Counted from the stretch's first letter, positions 14,701 through 28,443 are shown. The stretch: DNA of 64,000 nt from Nymphaea colorata (GCF_008831285.2 NC_045138.2:6262001-6326000), one strand, 5' to 3'. Notes: generated by a model not told the origin, from the letters alone. Made by a program: numbers and translations.

Positions 14701-16118
14701 CTTCACAGAAATGAGTTTCAACATTGTGAGAATGAACCCATATTATACTTGAAAAATGAAGGTATTGACATGCTTGTGGTATGTGTTTATGTAGATGACA
14801 TTATCTACATGGGATCAAGTGATGTGCTCATTCAAAAATTCAAGGACAGTATGATAAGTGAGTTCGAAATGTCAGATTTGAGTTTATTGCATTTCTTTCT
14901 TGGTCTTCAAGTTTTCCAAACAAATAATGACATTTTTATCTCTTAAGAAAAATATGCATTAAGCATACTTAAGAGGTACAAAATGTTAGATTGCAAGTCG
15001 TGTTCTATTCTAATGAACGTACGTGAAAAATTGACTTTGTCTAATGGGACTGCTAAAGCCAATGAAACAATGTTTAGAGGTCCAGTTGGTGGCTTGATAT
15101 ATTTGACTCATACATGATCAGATAGTTTATTTGCTGTTAGCTTGGTATCCAGGTTCATGCACAATCTATCATTACACCATCTGGAGGCAGCAAAACATGT
15201 TCTACGTTACATCCGTGAAACTACTGAATATGAAATTTGGTATAAATCAGATGTTTGTTTTAACTTACTTGGTTACACTGATAGTGACTGGGCAGGAGCT
15301 GTAGATGATAGAAGGAGCACAAGCGCTTATGTTTTTACACTTGGATCAGGTTATATATCATGGTGTTCAAACAAGCAAAGTACGACGACATTATCATCTT
15401 CTGAAGCAGAGTATATTGCGGGATCTGCAACTACTTGTCAGGCAATTTGGATGCATCGAGTTTTGGAAGATCTTGGTCAAAGTCAAACTGAAGGAACACC
15501 AATCCATTGTGACAACAAGGCAACTAGAGCAATGACAAGAAATCCGATTTACCATGGATGGACAAAACATATTGAACTTCGTCATCATTCCATTCAAGAG
15601 ATTGTTGGTAAAGGTCAAATCGTGTTGAAGTATTGCTCAACCAATGAGCAAGTTGCAGATGGGTTTACTAAGGCACTTTCATATGCAAAATTTGTGAAGT
15701 TTCGGTCTCACCTTCGTGCTTCAAACTTTGCATTAAGGGGGAGTGATGAAAGTTAATGCAAAAAAAAAAAACATGAGCATGTCTTTATGAAGAAGGTGAA
15801 GGGTTCAACTTTTGGGTTCCCCAAAAGTTCCATCGTGCCATGACAAGTGCCCCTTCACCTTGTCTATTTTAATTTTCAGTTTTTTGTTTTTAATTCATAT
15901 GTCAATAATGGCTATAGTGGAATCACCAAGAGTCATGTCATTTATTTTTCAGTTTTTTTTTTACATGTATATATATGGCCCTTTCCGTTGTGTGTTCAAA
16001 GATTTCTTGTTGTGTGCTTAATCCTTGCTGCCTTGTGTCATGCCTAGGTGACCACTTGAAGAAACAAGTGGTGGATTAGTTGTTGTGTTGCTCTTGTATT
16101 ATATTCGTGTCATTTACA
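11789..16118 (+). mobile_element. Degenerate Ty1/copia element (gag-pol pseudogene plus probable 3' LTR 15744-16118; no 5' LTR or PBS found)
   Basis: Gag PVFNGDNYGFWSIK; PR WFLDSECSNHMTG; IN LVHADICG and PQQNGVAERKNRT; RT YKARLV and CVYVDDII; RNase H GYTDSDWAG and QVADGFTKAL. PPT aagggggag followed by TG at 15744; putative CA end at 16118. Many stops. Confidence 0.92.
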
Positions 16119-16582
16119 GGAGCACAAGAAGAAGACGTGCAGGCCGGTCATTCCTTTAGGTAACACCCTTGCCTCATGAAAATCAAACTCACCCCTGCGC
16201 ATCTATATTTCAACCCTCGTATTTTGCTTGATGCCATAGATCATCTCCTGATCAAATCTATGCATCTTTGCCTCTCCACCATAGGTAACCATCACTCTCT
16301 CCCTCTCTCATCGTTGTTTGTCTGCTGTGAAGAGAAGCCTTGCAAAGCAGCCATCGTTTTGTGTAGGTTTGTGAAGGTGGAGGAGTGATCCTGGAAGAGT
16401 GAAGGCCTTTTGTGCAGGCCTGTGAGAGAATGAGAGGCAGTTCTCTTTTTTGGTCATAGTCAACTATTTCAACATAAGGGTTTTCAAGCTCTATTAATGG
16501 AGAAGGTGAGCTTTTGGCCCTTTCCCTACCCGTTTTCTTGTTTAGGATATGATATTCATCAACAAAAATTCGTTTATTCTTA

Positions 16583-16992
16583 TCTGCTAAAACTTTTTCC
16601 TCATCATTGCCGCCATGTCAGTTTCTGTATTCAGATAAACCCTATTTTTTCAATTTTGTGCCTGTACTCTGTACACCTGGGTCTTTTATGTTTGCCTTCT
16701 TTCTCCCACACTGTCCTCTTCTTTCTTGGATCAAGCAGTTCCAGATTTTCCATCTCGATCTGAGAATTTTCGGGAGGGATTTCTAGCCATTGGTTGGATC
16801 GTACCTAGCTCATTCCCCCTTTCCCGTTTTTCTGGAACCGTTTGATCCAAGAAAGAGGAGGGCAATGTGAGAGAAAGAAAGCAAGTAAAAAACCCATATG
16901 TACTGAGTACATGCAAAAAATGGAGAAATTAATGTTTACTTGATTACAAAAACTGACGATGGTGACGATGATGAGGGAAAACTTGTAGCAGA
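16583..16992. repeat. Hairpin family B, copy 1 (arms 16583-16745 and 16831-16992)
   Basis: tctttcttggatcaagcagttccaga pairs with tctggaaccgtttgatccaagaaaga. tctgctaaaactttttcctcatcattgccgccat pairs with atggtgacgatgatgagggaaaacttgtagcaga. Confidence 0.92.
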
Positions 16993-17729
16993 GGACATTT
17001 TATTTTGAGGCTGCGTTCTAGGGGTTGGGGCATTTCTAGGAAGGATGACCTTTTGTTCTTCTTGGACAGAATGATGCATTGACCTCAATTGTCTTCTAGC
17101 GAGACACATGTTTTCAGAAACAAAATCTCATTGAAACAGTGTTTTACTCAAACCAGATGCCCTCTTAGGAAGACAACAAACAATTAGAAGGAAATGCGAC
17201 ATAGATAGCTGTGGGAATTAAGCCTAGAAAATGGCTTCCTCTTCACCAAGTAGCTTTAGGCACGTCTAGGGGATGGAAGGTGACTCCCTTCATTGTCAAA
17301 GGCTCAAACAAGGGCCAGCATCACACACTGTCTATTTTGGTGAGGACAATCAGAGCAATTTTGAAGATAAAGCATTGAAGCAGGTTACCTGAGAAGCCAA
17401 CAACTGTAGGGAATGTGGACTTCTATTTATAGATAAGAACGAACATTGGTTGAATGGGGTGAAAGGAGTATTAGAAGCTTGCTGCCATAGCCAATAGATC
17501 ATATAGAGTTCAGATTTCTAATGTTAACTCTGCTCTTGGCACGACTACTCTTTTGGCCAACAACCTGTAAGGTTTCTGCAGTGTATTATTTATTGATGTA
17601 TTTGTGTATGCTATTCAGCTCCTTCTTGGGTTTCCATTTTGATGTTAGTGGTAACCAAGTTTTTGTTGTGCATACCATCTTTGATTAAGAAGGTAAGGTG
17701 GCCATTTGCCCCCACAGATTCCTTGCATA

Positions 17730-18458
17730 AAGGAGGATCAGATCATCAATGGCCATAGTGGGGATACAGAATGACTTCTTGTCATTCGTAGTGTTCTCTC
17801 CTTCGGTATTCAAGCCCTCCTTCTCTTTGTGTGCATGTGTTTGTCTATTTGATAAGAGCGCCCCTTCTGACAACATTTGGGAGAGAAAAGGGCATGTCCT
17901 CTCTTTCCATTCTCTTTCTTCTTTCTTCGCTCCCCTTCATTTTCTCTTTTTCACTCCCTTTTTCTCTATTTCTTTTTGGCTATTTCATTATTCCCTCTCT
18001 CACTAACACACATGATATATGTACATAGTGAGAGAGAAATTGGTATATGGAATACAAAAAGAAATAGAAAAGGTGGCTCAAAAAGATAGGTCATAAGGTG
18101 GTCACTACAGCATGCATAGCATGAGGTCCATATGACACCATTGCTCATTATCTGCTTAAGCAAGGAGAGAGAAGAGAGAGAGAGAGAGAGGGGGAGGGGT
18201 GAGAAAGGAATTAGAGAAAAAATACGAAGGAAAGAGAACACAAAAAAATATGAAGAATGAAAAGCAGAAGAATGAGAACAAAAAGAAGAGGACGTGCCCT
18301 TCTCTCTCAACTGCTGCCAACAAGTGGCGCTCTTCTCACACAAATGCACATAAACAGAAACAGGAGGAGGGTCAAAGTACTGGGGGAGAGAATAGTGCGA
18401 ATGCTGAGAAATCATCCTCTTTCCTTGTTGTGGCTGTTGATGATCTGACAATCCTTCT
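17730..18458. repeat. Long hairpin family A, copy 2
   Basis: agatcatcaatggccatagtgggg...aagccctcct (~17740-17821) pairs with aggagggtcaaag...ggctgttgatgatct (~18365-18447). Apex at ~18010-18030. Confidence 0.9.
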
Positions 18459-19639
18459 CTCTGGGTACCCACTTCCACCTCCTCATGTCTTTCTCTCACT
18501 CTGTGTCACTCTCCTTAGAGAAAAATGGGGTTATTGGGGAGTTTCATTCAAAGAACGCCTATTGTTCTCCTTCGACAAAGTTGCAATAAGCCTTGTTTTC
18601 GACCCGTTTTCAAGTTGTTTGGTCCTTCAATGTTTTGAAAATCTGTTAGTAATTAGAGTAGAGTGTTTTTAATTTTGTTTTCAGTTTTTTTCTAACAGAA
18701 ATTGTTGTGACATCATATCCCTAAGGGAGTTGGCACAATGGAAGGGTTGGAGGTTGGTAGGAAGTCCATTTATTGCTCATGGGGCATCTTGAAAATAGGA
18801 TATACTGATATGCAACATGAAACAGACGTGTACGTGCATTACAAACAGGTTTGGTACCTTGGGGAGATGGTGGTTCGGCTCTCCTGTTATGCGGCATGAT
18901 AAACTACTCCTACTACTCAACAAATTATTGTGAAGTTTTACTATGCCCAAGGCAGTTGCTCTCTTTCCATTGGTTAAACCCATACCACGTGCACCACATC
19001 ATTCTGAGCTCCCTTCAACATAACCTTAATAAGTGATGCAAACTCTTATCTCGACCAACACCGTGCCTTCTTAATTAACATGTTCGCCACATGCAAGATA
19101 GTAGGCCTTAAGCATATGAGAAATCATAAAGCAAACTTAAGGGAAGAAGATGTAAGGATTGCCGAAAATTTTAAATAGGATGCTCATGACCTTATAGATT
19201 CGTTTCTAGTAGAGTGGTGTAATGTGTGTGCATGTTGTTTGATTGGTGAACTGCATCATGGAAGAGAAAGCTGAGGAGTGTGGTTAGAAAGAAACAACTC
19301 AAGGGTCAACTACTTTGATAAAATTGGAGATGTGTAAAGTGGGGTTTTAGGTTATCGAGGCATATCTAATATATAATATTATATTGTTCTATTGCATAGC
19401 ATAGTATGTATCATATAGTTAATTTGAACATAAATATATGTAATGATTTCCTTAAATAAATTCATGTAAGTTATACATAAAAATTCATGTAGTAAGCAAG
19501 ATATATACTCAAATCTAATAGAAAGAAAGTATATAGCTACAATCACAAGAAAAAAAAAACACATCAAGCAAAAGCCATGAGTCATATAAAATAAAATTCT
19601 TTAAGAAAACAAGTGAAAAAGTAACTTCATCATCTGGCA

Positions 19640-22600
19640 CACATTCACAAGCGTGTGATTCATAGATCTTAAGAATACCTTCAGCAAGCTGAGTAGGCTA
19701 CTAGGATTCGTCCTCCAACAATCAAATTTAAAGAAAAAACTATCTATAAGCAGGAAAGACATTGGAACTTAACCTTTTAGGCAACAGTGCATGTATAAGT
19801 AAAAAAGCTCAAGTCTCAATGTAGTGATAACAAAGATGGCAATTTTAGATTCTTATATTATTATTGATGTTGGATGTTGCCTAATACTTAGCACTACCAA
19901 CTGTACATTCCAAAGTTCGATAATTCATATCTAAGTTTTACAAACTTATGCTTTTGCCATATTTGAGTGAATGTATAGGGTTGGCCAGAAGGCCTCATAT
20001 TCACCATGGTTTCATAACTTGGATGTCATAAACTTATAAAGTGGCAAATATAGTGGCAGCACTACGGTGACAAATGATTCAAGTTTGGAAGTTATACATA
20101 TGAGCAAAAAAGACTCATGCATTGAAGTATTCAATAATAAAGATGGAAATTTTAGGTTTTAATATTAATCATAGCTTGAACGCCGCCTAAATTATCACTA
20201 ACAATTGTACGTTCCAAAGTCCAAGCAATTGTATTCAAGTTTTACAAATTTGTTTTACTTTAGAGAGTATAGTTAGTGGAAAGACCCATAATCTCTAACA
20301 TTATTTGAAAACTTGGATTAAAAAAGAGAGATGTTGTTTGCATCCCAAAATTTATTTCGGTTTTGGAGTGGTTCAGAAATATAAAATTATATTTTCGAAA
20401 TGAGAGAGAATAGGGACTCACCTGTCGGTAAGAGGATTGGTCATTCTCGAGGCCTTTACGAGGGGTAACTAACCCAAAGGGTATGCTTATTCTTGATGCA
20501 CTTCATTTTTAATTAAACATCTTATCCATTCTAAGTGTGTGTGGTAAATAGAAATAATGTTGAAGATTCAATGTTTCAAACTTTTGGATGAGAAAATTTT
20601 GAAAGATCATTTGAAAATTCAAGCCACTTTGATTTGAGAGATTTTTGAATAAAGAAACGTTTGCAAATATCATTTGAAAATCTTTGAAAGATAATATGAG
20701 TATTTTGAAGATCGCTTTGCGAAATCAATTTAGTGTTCTTTTAAGAATTTAAGTAAGTTTAAGATTTTGCTCTAATTTAGCTACTACCTAGCTAAAGTTC
20801 GATCTCATCTTGTTTAAGTTCTTTTAGACAGGCTCTTGTGATTATTCGTCAATTCCACAAGTGAATGTGAATGCATGAATGCATTAGTTTTATATGATTG
20901 AAAACAAATTATTCATTCATATCATATCATTCACCTAAGGATATCCTTATCATCACATTCATCGAAATTTATTTTCATACTTATCCTAAATATTTTCAAA
21001 ATGAGGGAAAAAAAAATTGAAAGTAAAATGTGGTTGCAAACTATCAAAAATAATTTCAATATTGAGTTATTACTTGAGTTTTGGTCTTAGTGAAGTCAAT
21101 AAATGAAAATTAAAATTTAGATCTTAAGAAAGAGATATTTGAAACAATGAAAAAAAAGAAAAAAAAGGAAAACATTTTAAGTCAAGAGGAATAACAAGAA
21201 AGAGAGAGATTTTGAAAAGAAAAAAAGAAATTTTAAAGAGAGAGAGAAGAGGATGTACATGTGTGTGTGTGTGTGTAAAGTATACATTTAAGAGAAGAGA
21301 GAAGCATATTTCAATCTTAGATGAAATTTCGTTTCACCTTGCTCATGTTTTCGGTTCACTCAAAAATAGCTCTTGACTCTATAGAGGAGATTTGAGAGTT
21401 ATCTAACATGGCCATGGGAAGATGAAAAAGGAAAAAAAAAAGAAAAGGAAAAGGATTGGGATATTGACTACATCTAATGAGAATGATTTTAGAAAATTAG
21501 TCTCTTTATCCGGATAATCCTAAAGCTTCCTCGAATGAAGCTGCAAGGTGTTGAAAATGTCTCTCCGAGAGGCCTCCTCATGCTTCCTTGTAGAGTGGAA
21601 GTTGGTGAAGCTTTCTCCCAAAGTTGGAGAAGAAGAAGATAAAAGGAGAGAAATAGAGAGAGAGTTAGGGGAAAGACTCTAAGTCTTCAAATGAGAAAGT
21701 ATTATAGGTTTTCCAAGAGTTAGCTCACGCACAAGAGAGAAGATTTTGAAGACATTGATAGAGAGTTTTGGAGTCAAAACTTAAAATTTGAATTTAACAA
21801 TATTTTCATGCGAATTTCAAGTATTTTTGAATTTATTTAAAATTTTATTTTCAATAGGTTTTGACCAAATGAGATTGGCTCTCAGACCTGCAAACACCCC
21901 TTTGGGAGTGTGGGCAGGGCTAGTGATCACTTAGCAGACCAAAACAGCCCTCAAGGGGTGTTTTTTAGCCAAAAATGGGCCTGCGCGGTTGTAATTAGGC
22001 GCACGTGTGCCGTGGCCAGCAACTGCATCTGGCGTGACAGTGCCAGGTCGCTGTCGCGGTCGCATCACTCGTGGCAGTGCGTGGCGCGGCTGTGCGCCTT
22101 GGTCAGAGCGTATGGCCTGGCCATGTCGGCCAGGACGTTTGGAGTGTGCAGGCATGCCCACTTATTGGTTTGCTTTGGACCAATAAGGGGTGGCTTTTGC
22201 CCCTGGCTTCCAAGGTGGTCCCACACATAAAACAACATAAAAATGATTTTTAAAACACACATTTTAAAGGGAAAAATGATCTTTTGTTACAGACAGCAAC
22301 AACTACATTTTGCGTGGTTTCGAGCTCATTTTAGATCTAGATCGGGTTCGCTTGGTCGCCAATGTGTTCTAGTCGATGCACAAGGAGTGGACCAAGGATT
22401 AGATGAGTGGTTTAGGCTCAAAACATATTTTTAAAGTTTTTTTTTTTGGCACGAGATTGAGACGCAAAACGAAAGCATGGTATGTGCATGCGCACAAGTC
22501 GCTCAATAGTATCAAAATTTGTTATTTTGGCCTCGACTTTGGATTTTGAGTTGGAATTCTTGATTTGAGTCCAAACTTCGGTTTTGGATCTAATTTGGAC

Positions 22601-23860
22601 ATAAGAGCGGCTTTATGAGTCCGTTTTCCTAGTTTAGACTTAAGTCATTTGTTGGCTCAATGACAGACTTTGTCTTCGTATTTCGTATCAAGGTATGTAT
22701 TTTAGATCTAGGACTTGGATTTGGATCCAAATGTTCATCTAAAGTTGAATTTTGGAATTAAATCTTACATTTGGATTCAAATATGGGTCTAGAGATTTGG
22801 ATCGAGTGATCGAGAATTGGACTTGGATATGGCTATAGAAGTTTGTCTTGGATCTAGGATCGAAATTTGAACTTGGATACAAATTTAGAAGTCTGTTTTG
22901 GGTTGAGCTTGGACTCGGGGTCCAAAATTAAACCCAAATCACTGTAAAGATGGTTGAAATAACCGAGAATCTTGTTTGAATGAAATACAGTCTTCTGAAA
23001 AAAATTTGGGGTGATAATAGATGTAGTACTAAAACAACTGTAATTAAATAAACTTTGGGATCTCCAGGTATAGATAAAAGAAAAAAACATATCTTGATGT
23101 ATTCTGGAACGTGGATGTCAATTTTTAGTATTATTATTGACATTGTATGTTGCTTAACATTTAGTACTACCAATTGTACATTCAAGAGTTCAGAGTCTTT
23201 GGATCTAACTTTCCTACCTATGCTTGTACTTTATTTGAGACAATAAAGTAGGAAAAAAGACCTCTCATATGCATCATTGTTCAAAAGCTTTCATGCAGTA
23301 GATGCATATATAAAATGGGAGATATAGTGCCAACACTAGGGCAACAAATGATTTAAATTTGAGAGTTATAGTTGAAAAAGCTCATGTGTCAATGCATTCA
23401 ATAACAAGGACGAGAATTTTATGTTTTAATATTGCAATCATTGAATCCCACCTAAATGTAGCATTAACAATTGTATGTTCCAAAGTCATGAGATCCTTTA
23501 TATTCAAGTTTTTTCCTAATTTAAACTTGTGATTTACTTGAGAGAGTATAGTTGGTGGAAAGACAGCTCATATCCACAATTGTCTAAAACTTACATATAA
23601 AGTAGGAGATATGGTGCAAAAGCTACTCACAATTGATTCAAATTTAGGAGTCATATGTACAAGTAAAAATGCTTGTCTCCTAATGTATTCAATAACAAGG
23701 ATGGGAATTTTAGATTTAATGTTCATGTCGTCACTGGATGCTGCCTAAATTTAATGCTAGCATTTATACTTTTGAATGTGTGAGTCTCAGTATTTAAATT
23801 TCTAATTTAAGCTTATGTTTTATTTGGGAGAGTATAGTTGATGGAATTAAAGACCCCTCA
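19640..23860. repeat. Degenerate ~290-305-bp tandem array, interrupted by the solo LTR
   Basis: An aaaaagctcatg...caataacaaggatgggaattttagatt-like motif recurs at ~19801, 20107, 23375 and 23665. Further arrays at ~6800-7205, 31050-31680, 40300-40860, 52410-56140 and 62390-62790. Confidence 0.75.
20335..23019. mobile_element. Solo LTR (~2.7 kb, probably Ty3/gypsy type) with GATGT TSD
   Basis: Starts tgtttgcatcccaaaattt and ends aaatttggggtgataata (imperfect terminal inverted repeat; CA appears as TA). GATGT flanks both sides (20330-20334, 23020-23024). No coding domains. Superfamily is inferred from size and style only. Confidence 0.75.
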
Positions 23861-24236
23861 TGGCTTCAAGGCCTCATCGGCTTTGCCTTGCATGCCTTCA
23901 TGGCTTCAAAGCATGGTCAGGTCTTTGTATTTCAAAACAAGGCAGGATTGAAATCTAGGCGGATCATAAGAGATGACAAGAGCCACAAGTTGGCTTTCCG
24001 AGAGCAAGCAGTTATATGTGGTGGGCTTCATTGTAACAAAATTCTGAAAGCTTGTCGGAGCTGGCACAAAGGACAGCAATGCTAAGCTAATTTCCTACTT
24101 TGTTTCCCTGCTCATCACCTTCTTGGTTTACCTTGCTTATGTCTATGCTTGTTTCCCTTTCTAGTTCATCAGTCTCCCTGACACACTCGTACGAACTTGA
24201 CTTGCTGCTTGTACCAATACAACTCTTCTTTACTAT

Positions 24237-24545
24237 TAGGGTTGTACATGAGCTGAGTCAAGCTTGAGCTTGGTCAGCTCGACACTAGTCAACACATACT
24301 TAATTTGCTTGCCTGGACCTTGAGCAGTGAGTCAAGTTGTATAAGGTCAGGTGGAGCTGGACTTGATAGACTGGGTCCCAGCTAGAGCTGGCTTGTTTAA
24401 GCTCGTTTACCAACTGACAACTGTCATTTGACTTGATCTGTTTCCTTTGTTTTACGAGTTTATGTAGTTTGAATTTGACTCATTTAGAAGCTGAGTTTAC
24501 TGAGTGAGTTCAAGTCAAGCTCGAGTTGGCTCGACTCATTATATA
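24237..24545. mobile_element. hAT-like MITE remnant with gagctcga/gagtcaagc subterminal repeats (copies at ~32064, ~56372, 30-120 and 8575-8739)
   Basis: tagggttgtacatgagctgag start, many gagctcgac-like motifs, and a complementary end aacagcccta at 8739. Confidence 0.55.
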
Positions 24546-27112
24546 TCACGACTCAATGCCAATGATACGTGTGGGAACAATGTGAAATCAACCGAATATC
24601 TGAATGATATTCAGCTCCTCGACAATGGAAACAGAGTTTCTCTGGTTGAGAATGTCTACTGGAGAATGTCACCCATCAATTCAGTTAGGAGATTTCTTTA
24701 CAAGCTAGAAGGTAGTTCCTATTCCAATTCATTATCAAACATAGAGAAAAATACTTATTTTCCTTAATTTACATAACCTTACTTCCATTGAGTATTGTTT
24801 CAAGACATGGAACCAATGCCCTTTACAAAAACTATTTATCCTCGTTGGCACAAAGGCAGTAAAAAAAGAAAGCCTAGATTTTAGGGCGCTGATTATGTAA
24901 CAAATTAATTTATGTGGGGGAACCACTATGCAAATAAAATAAATTGTGTGGTTCTAGATGGGCACAGCACACCCAGCTCTGCCATTAAGCTAATTGATAA
25001 TAAGTTGGTGCACATCATAATATATTACACTTAACTTATGGATTTATAGAAGAACGTAAGACTTAGTTGTTAAAGTATATATACTCAACAGGAAGGTTAT
25101 TCGGATTATCTCACATTTGCTTCAGTAGTGAAATTAATTAAATATTGGGAAATATTTTCTCTTTATTGAAGGAACTAAGAGTTGGTGACTTCAAATGGAT
25201 ATTCACAATGTCTTTCTTCATAACGTATCTTCAATGAGGTAGAGATTGATATGCAAATTGAATAGTGTGTTGTACGGACTTAAATAATGTCCTTGGAACT
25301 GTTGGGTGAGCAACAAGAATATAATATCATACAGCGGCAAACAAGAGAAACGAAACCCCCACCCTTCACCTCAAGTATTTATTCAACAATTTTCATGAAA
25401 AGAGTGACCCTTATTAATATTTCCCTTCTTAAGTTATAAACAAAAAGTAACCCCAGAAAAACAGGAAATTTGTTCTAACGATTTTCATATATAATTAAAG
25501 TAATAACCATATTTATTCAAGTATGTGTGGTATAGATTCTCTGTCACTAAATAAGAAAGAGAGTTGATCATGATATAGATTCTCTTATCCAAATCCGACT
25601 CGATAGCATTTATGTTCTACAGCACCTCATGAATTTGAAAATCTCATATTCTCGAGTTGTTCCAGTCCAACTTGGTTACAAATATATAATTCATATTGTT
25701 AATTAGATGAGAATCAATCTACAAATTCTGAAATATGAGATCTATATAAAGCTAAAAAATATTAAATAAGACGTTTTCTCAATGCAAAAAGGAAAATTAA
25801 GTATTTCAAGTGTAGATTTTAAATCGAATCTAAAATAGATTCTTTCAAGAACTATGGATTTTACCGGGATCTTTTGCCATAGCCTATTGTTTACTTCGCG
25901 AGGCTAGTTTTATGCCTTGAACAACTTTTGTAGGGACGGCTTTCACCCTATGTAACTTTTGCCCAGATTTTCAGGCAGACCCCTAAAGGTGTGACTAAAA
26001 TAAAAAAAGCTGTTCACTTCCATTTTAAAAAGAGTGACCATGTAGGAAAAGAATAACCTTCATAGAATCAAACAACAAGACAGTAAATGTCATTTTTTGT
26101 GAATAATTAGGAAAACTTATTTTACATCAAAAAATAGAAATAAAAATGTTCTATTTTTATCAAACGAAGCTTATAATTAATCATATTTAAATTTGATAAA
26201 ATAACTTAAAGTTCAAAGATAAAAAAGTAGTTGCACTTTAGATTTAGTTATCTAATTTATCTCCTGGAGGTAACATATGACATTAGCAAGGACACAATTC
26301 CGAGTATTGCAAATGGGCCAAATCTGGGTCACGAGCTATTTGAGACCACCATACATAAACCAACATAATCAGATCTAGATCTGGTATGGAAACTATGTGA
26401 GGATTCAGATCTAATACCTCTTTAGCATGAACACGCAACCCATTTGGCTGGTCAATGGTCACCCTCATAAAGTCTCAAAAGTAGGGATATAAACGGGCCA
26501 GACATATCAGATTATCAAACAAATACCGAATCCATGGATGTGGTAAAAATAAATTAGATCCATTCAAATTTAAATTGAAATACGGTTTGCTGTTTCACCA
26601 CTAAACATAAATTAGAATAACGTACCCACCAGTATCCGATAAAGATCCTATCTACATAATGAAGCTGGATCTTACATTAGTCGGATCTGAATTCGGTTTT
26701 CCAAAAAATCAGCTCCGGATTCCAATTTGAATTATTCAAATATGCATAGTTAAGTTAGTTAAAAATTAAACCCAACACGAAACCAAAACTATATTGCAAC
26801 CTAAAAGTCAAGACACAAGACAACTGGTGTAGAATTTTTCTGTTTTAAATTATTTCTCTTTGTTTAATTAGAAGTAACATAGTCTTTTTATGTATGTCTT
26901 GACATTTCTTTTTTAAAATTTTTTCGTAAACTTATGTGCAAATTTTCAAATATTAGTCAGTCTTTTGTGACAGATCAAAGTTGAGCAGTTAGCTGTAAAG
27001 GCCTCACACATAAATGAATGAATTAGATCAATAATAAACAAATAAATGGATCACTTGATTTACTAGGCAAAGGTCTAAGCATAATGTTCTTAGACTTCTG
27101 AGCAAATAGTGC

Positions 27113-27779
27113 ATGCTTTACAAATAGGTTAAAAAGTTTTCACAAGGGTTTTGGACGGGCAAATGATCATGCAAATGTTGAGCTTGGGCATTTCGTTTTA
27201 ACTTGCTCTGGTCTTTCCTGTTACATTAACAAGTAGGCACTGCCGTAAAGCTATGTCATCCTTATGACCACACAAGAGCTCAAATCCTTCGACCATCTTG
27301 AGTTCCATCCAACCACGGCTACACAATGGTTCGGATAAATGTGATTAAATGCACCATCTGAACCCGGATGGAGAAATCCACAAGTCCATCATGAGCATGT
27401 CGTTGCTTAAAGATTTCCACTGTGTTGTATACAAAGTATGTACTTGTTGTCTACCTACCTGTAAACTTCATCATGAAAGTTCCACAGTCAAAAAATTCGA
27501 GAGCAAGTTATAAAAACATTACAGCATCAACAGAATAAATTTTTTGATATATATTTTTCCATAGATGCTGCTATATTTTTTGAAGTAAGAAGACATAACT
27601 TTAGTCTCTAAGCAGTGGCATGTTTAAGAGGATGGCATAACTTTATCAGCTGCAATTCCTACATGTTAATGTGAGAGGAAAGACTCAAAGACCAGAGCAA
27701 GTTAAAACGAAATGACCCACAACATTGGCATGCTCGTCCAAAACCTTTTTGAAAACTTTTTAACCTATTTGTAAAGCAT
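27113..27779. repeat. Hairpin family C, copy 2
   Basis: Paralogue of 4508-5173 with both arms intact. Partial copies at 33490-33591 (loop and inner arms deleted) and ~61172-61325 (left arm only). Confidence 0.9.
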
Positions 27780-28015
27780 TGTAAATGGGCCAATCGTATT
27801 AGCTTCAATAATGACACATTCCATCTACTTCGTGGGAGAGAGAAAGGCATCTCCTCTGCTTTCCATTCTCTTTCTTCTTTCTGCATTGTTTTATATATAT
27901 ATATATATATATATATCGTCCAAAACCTTTCTGAAAACTTTTTAACCTATTTGTAAAACATTGTAAATGGGCCAATCGTATTAGCTTCAATAATGACACA
28001 TTCCATCTACTTCGT

Positions 28016-28063
28016 GGGAGAGAGAAAGGCATCTCCTCTGCTATCCATTCTCTTTCTTCTTTC

Positions 28064-28120
<57 letters not shown>

Positions 28121-28388
28121 CCGTTCTCTTTCATCCGTATTTTTTTCTCTTATTCATTTCTCTCTCTCTCCCCCTCTCTCTCTTCTCTCTAGTTCTTCAA
28201 GGGGATAAAGAGAAATGGTGCCATAAGAAACACCTCAAATTAAGCATGGGAGGAGGACCACCTTAAAACTTTTATTTTCTTTTTGATCCCCTTTCTCTAT
28301 TTATTTTCTTCTATTTCATTATTCTGTTTCTCTCTCCCTCTTTCACACACACACACAGATTCTCTCTCTATCTCTCACACACACTTTA

Positions 28389-28443
<55 letters not shown>

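Larger units (their letters stand above)
16177..24460. repeat. Older segmental duplication block, paralogous to ~42680-56640
   Basis: Same order in both blocks: hairpin B, hairpin A, tail, ~300-bp tandem array with solo LTR, MITE. Homologous ORF translations at 16176/42604, 16731/43236 and 19379/52175. Confidence 0.9.

Noticed and set aside
17170..17700. Possible degenerate LINE or gene fragment between hairpins B and A
   Set aside because: No motif could be read with confidence in any frame I checked.
19640..23860. Periodic motif as a CRISPR-like array or centromeric satellite
   Set aside because: Eukaryotic context, degenerate ~300-bp monomers, no unique spacers and only a few units.
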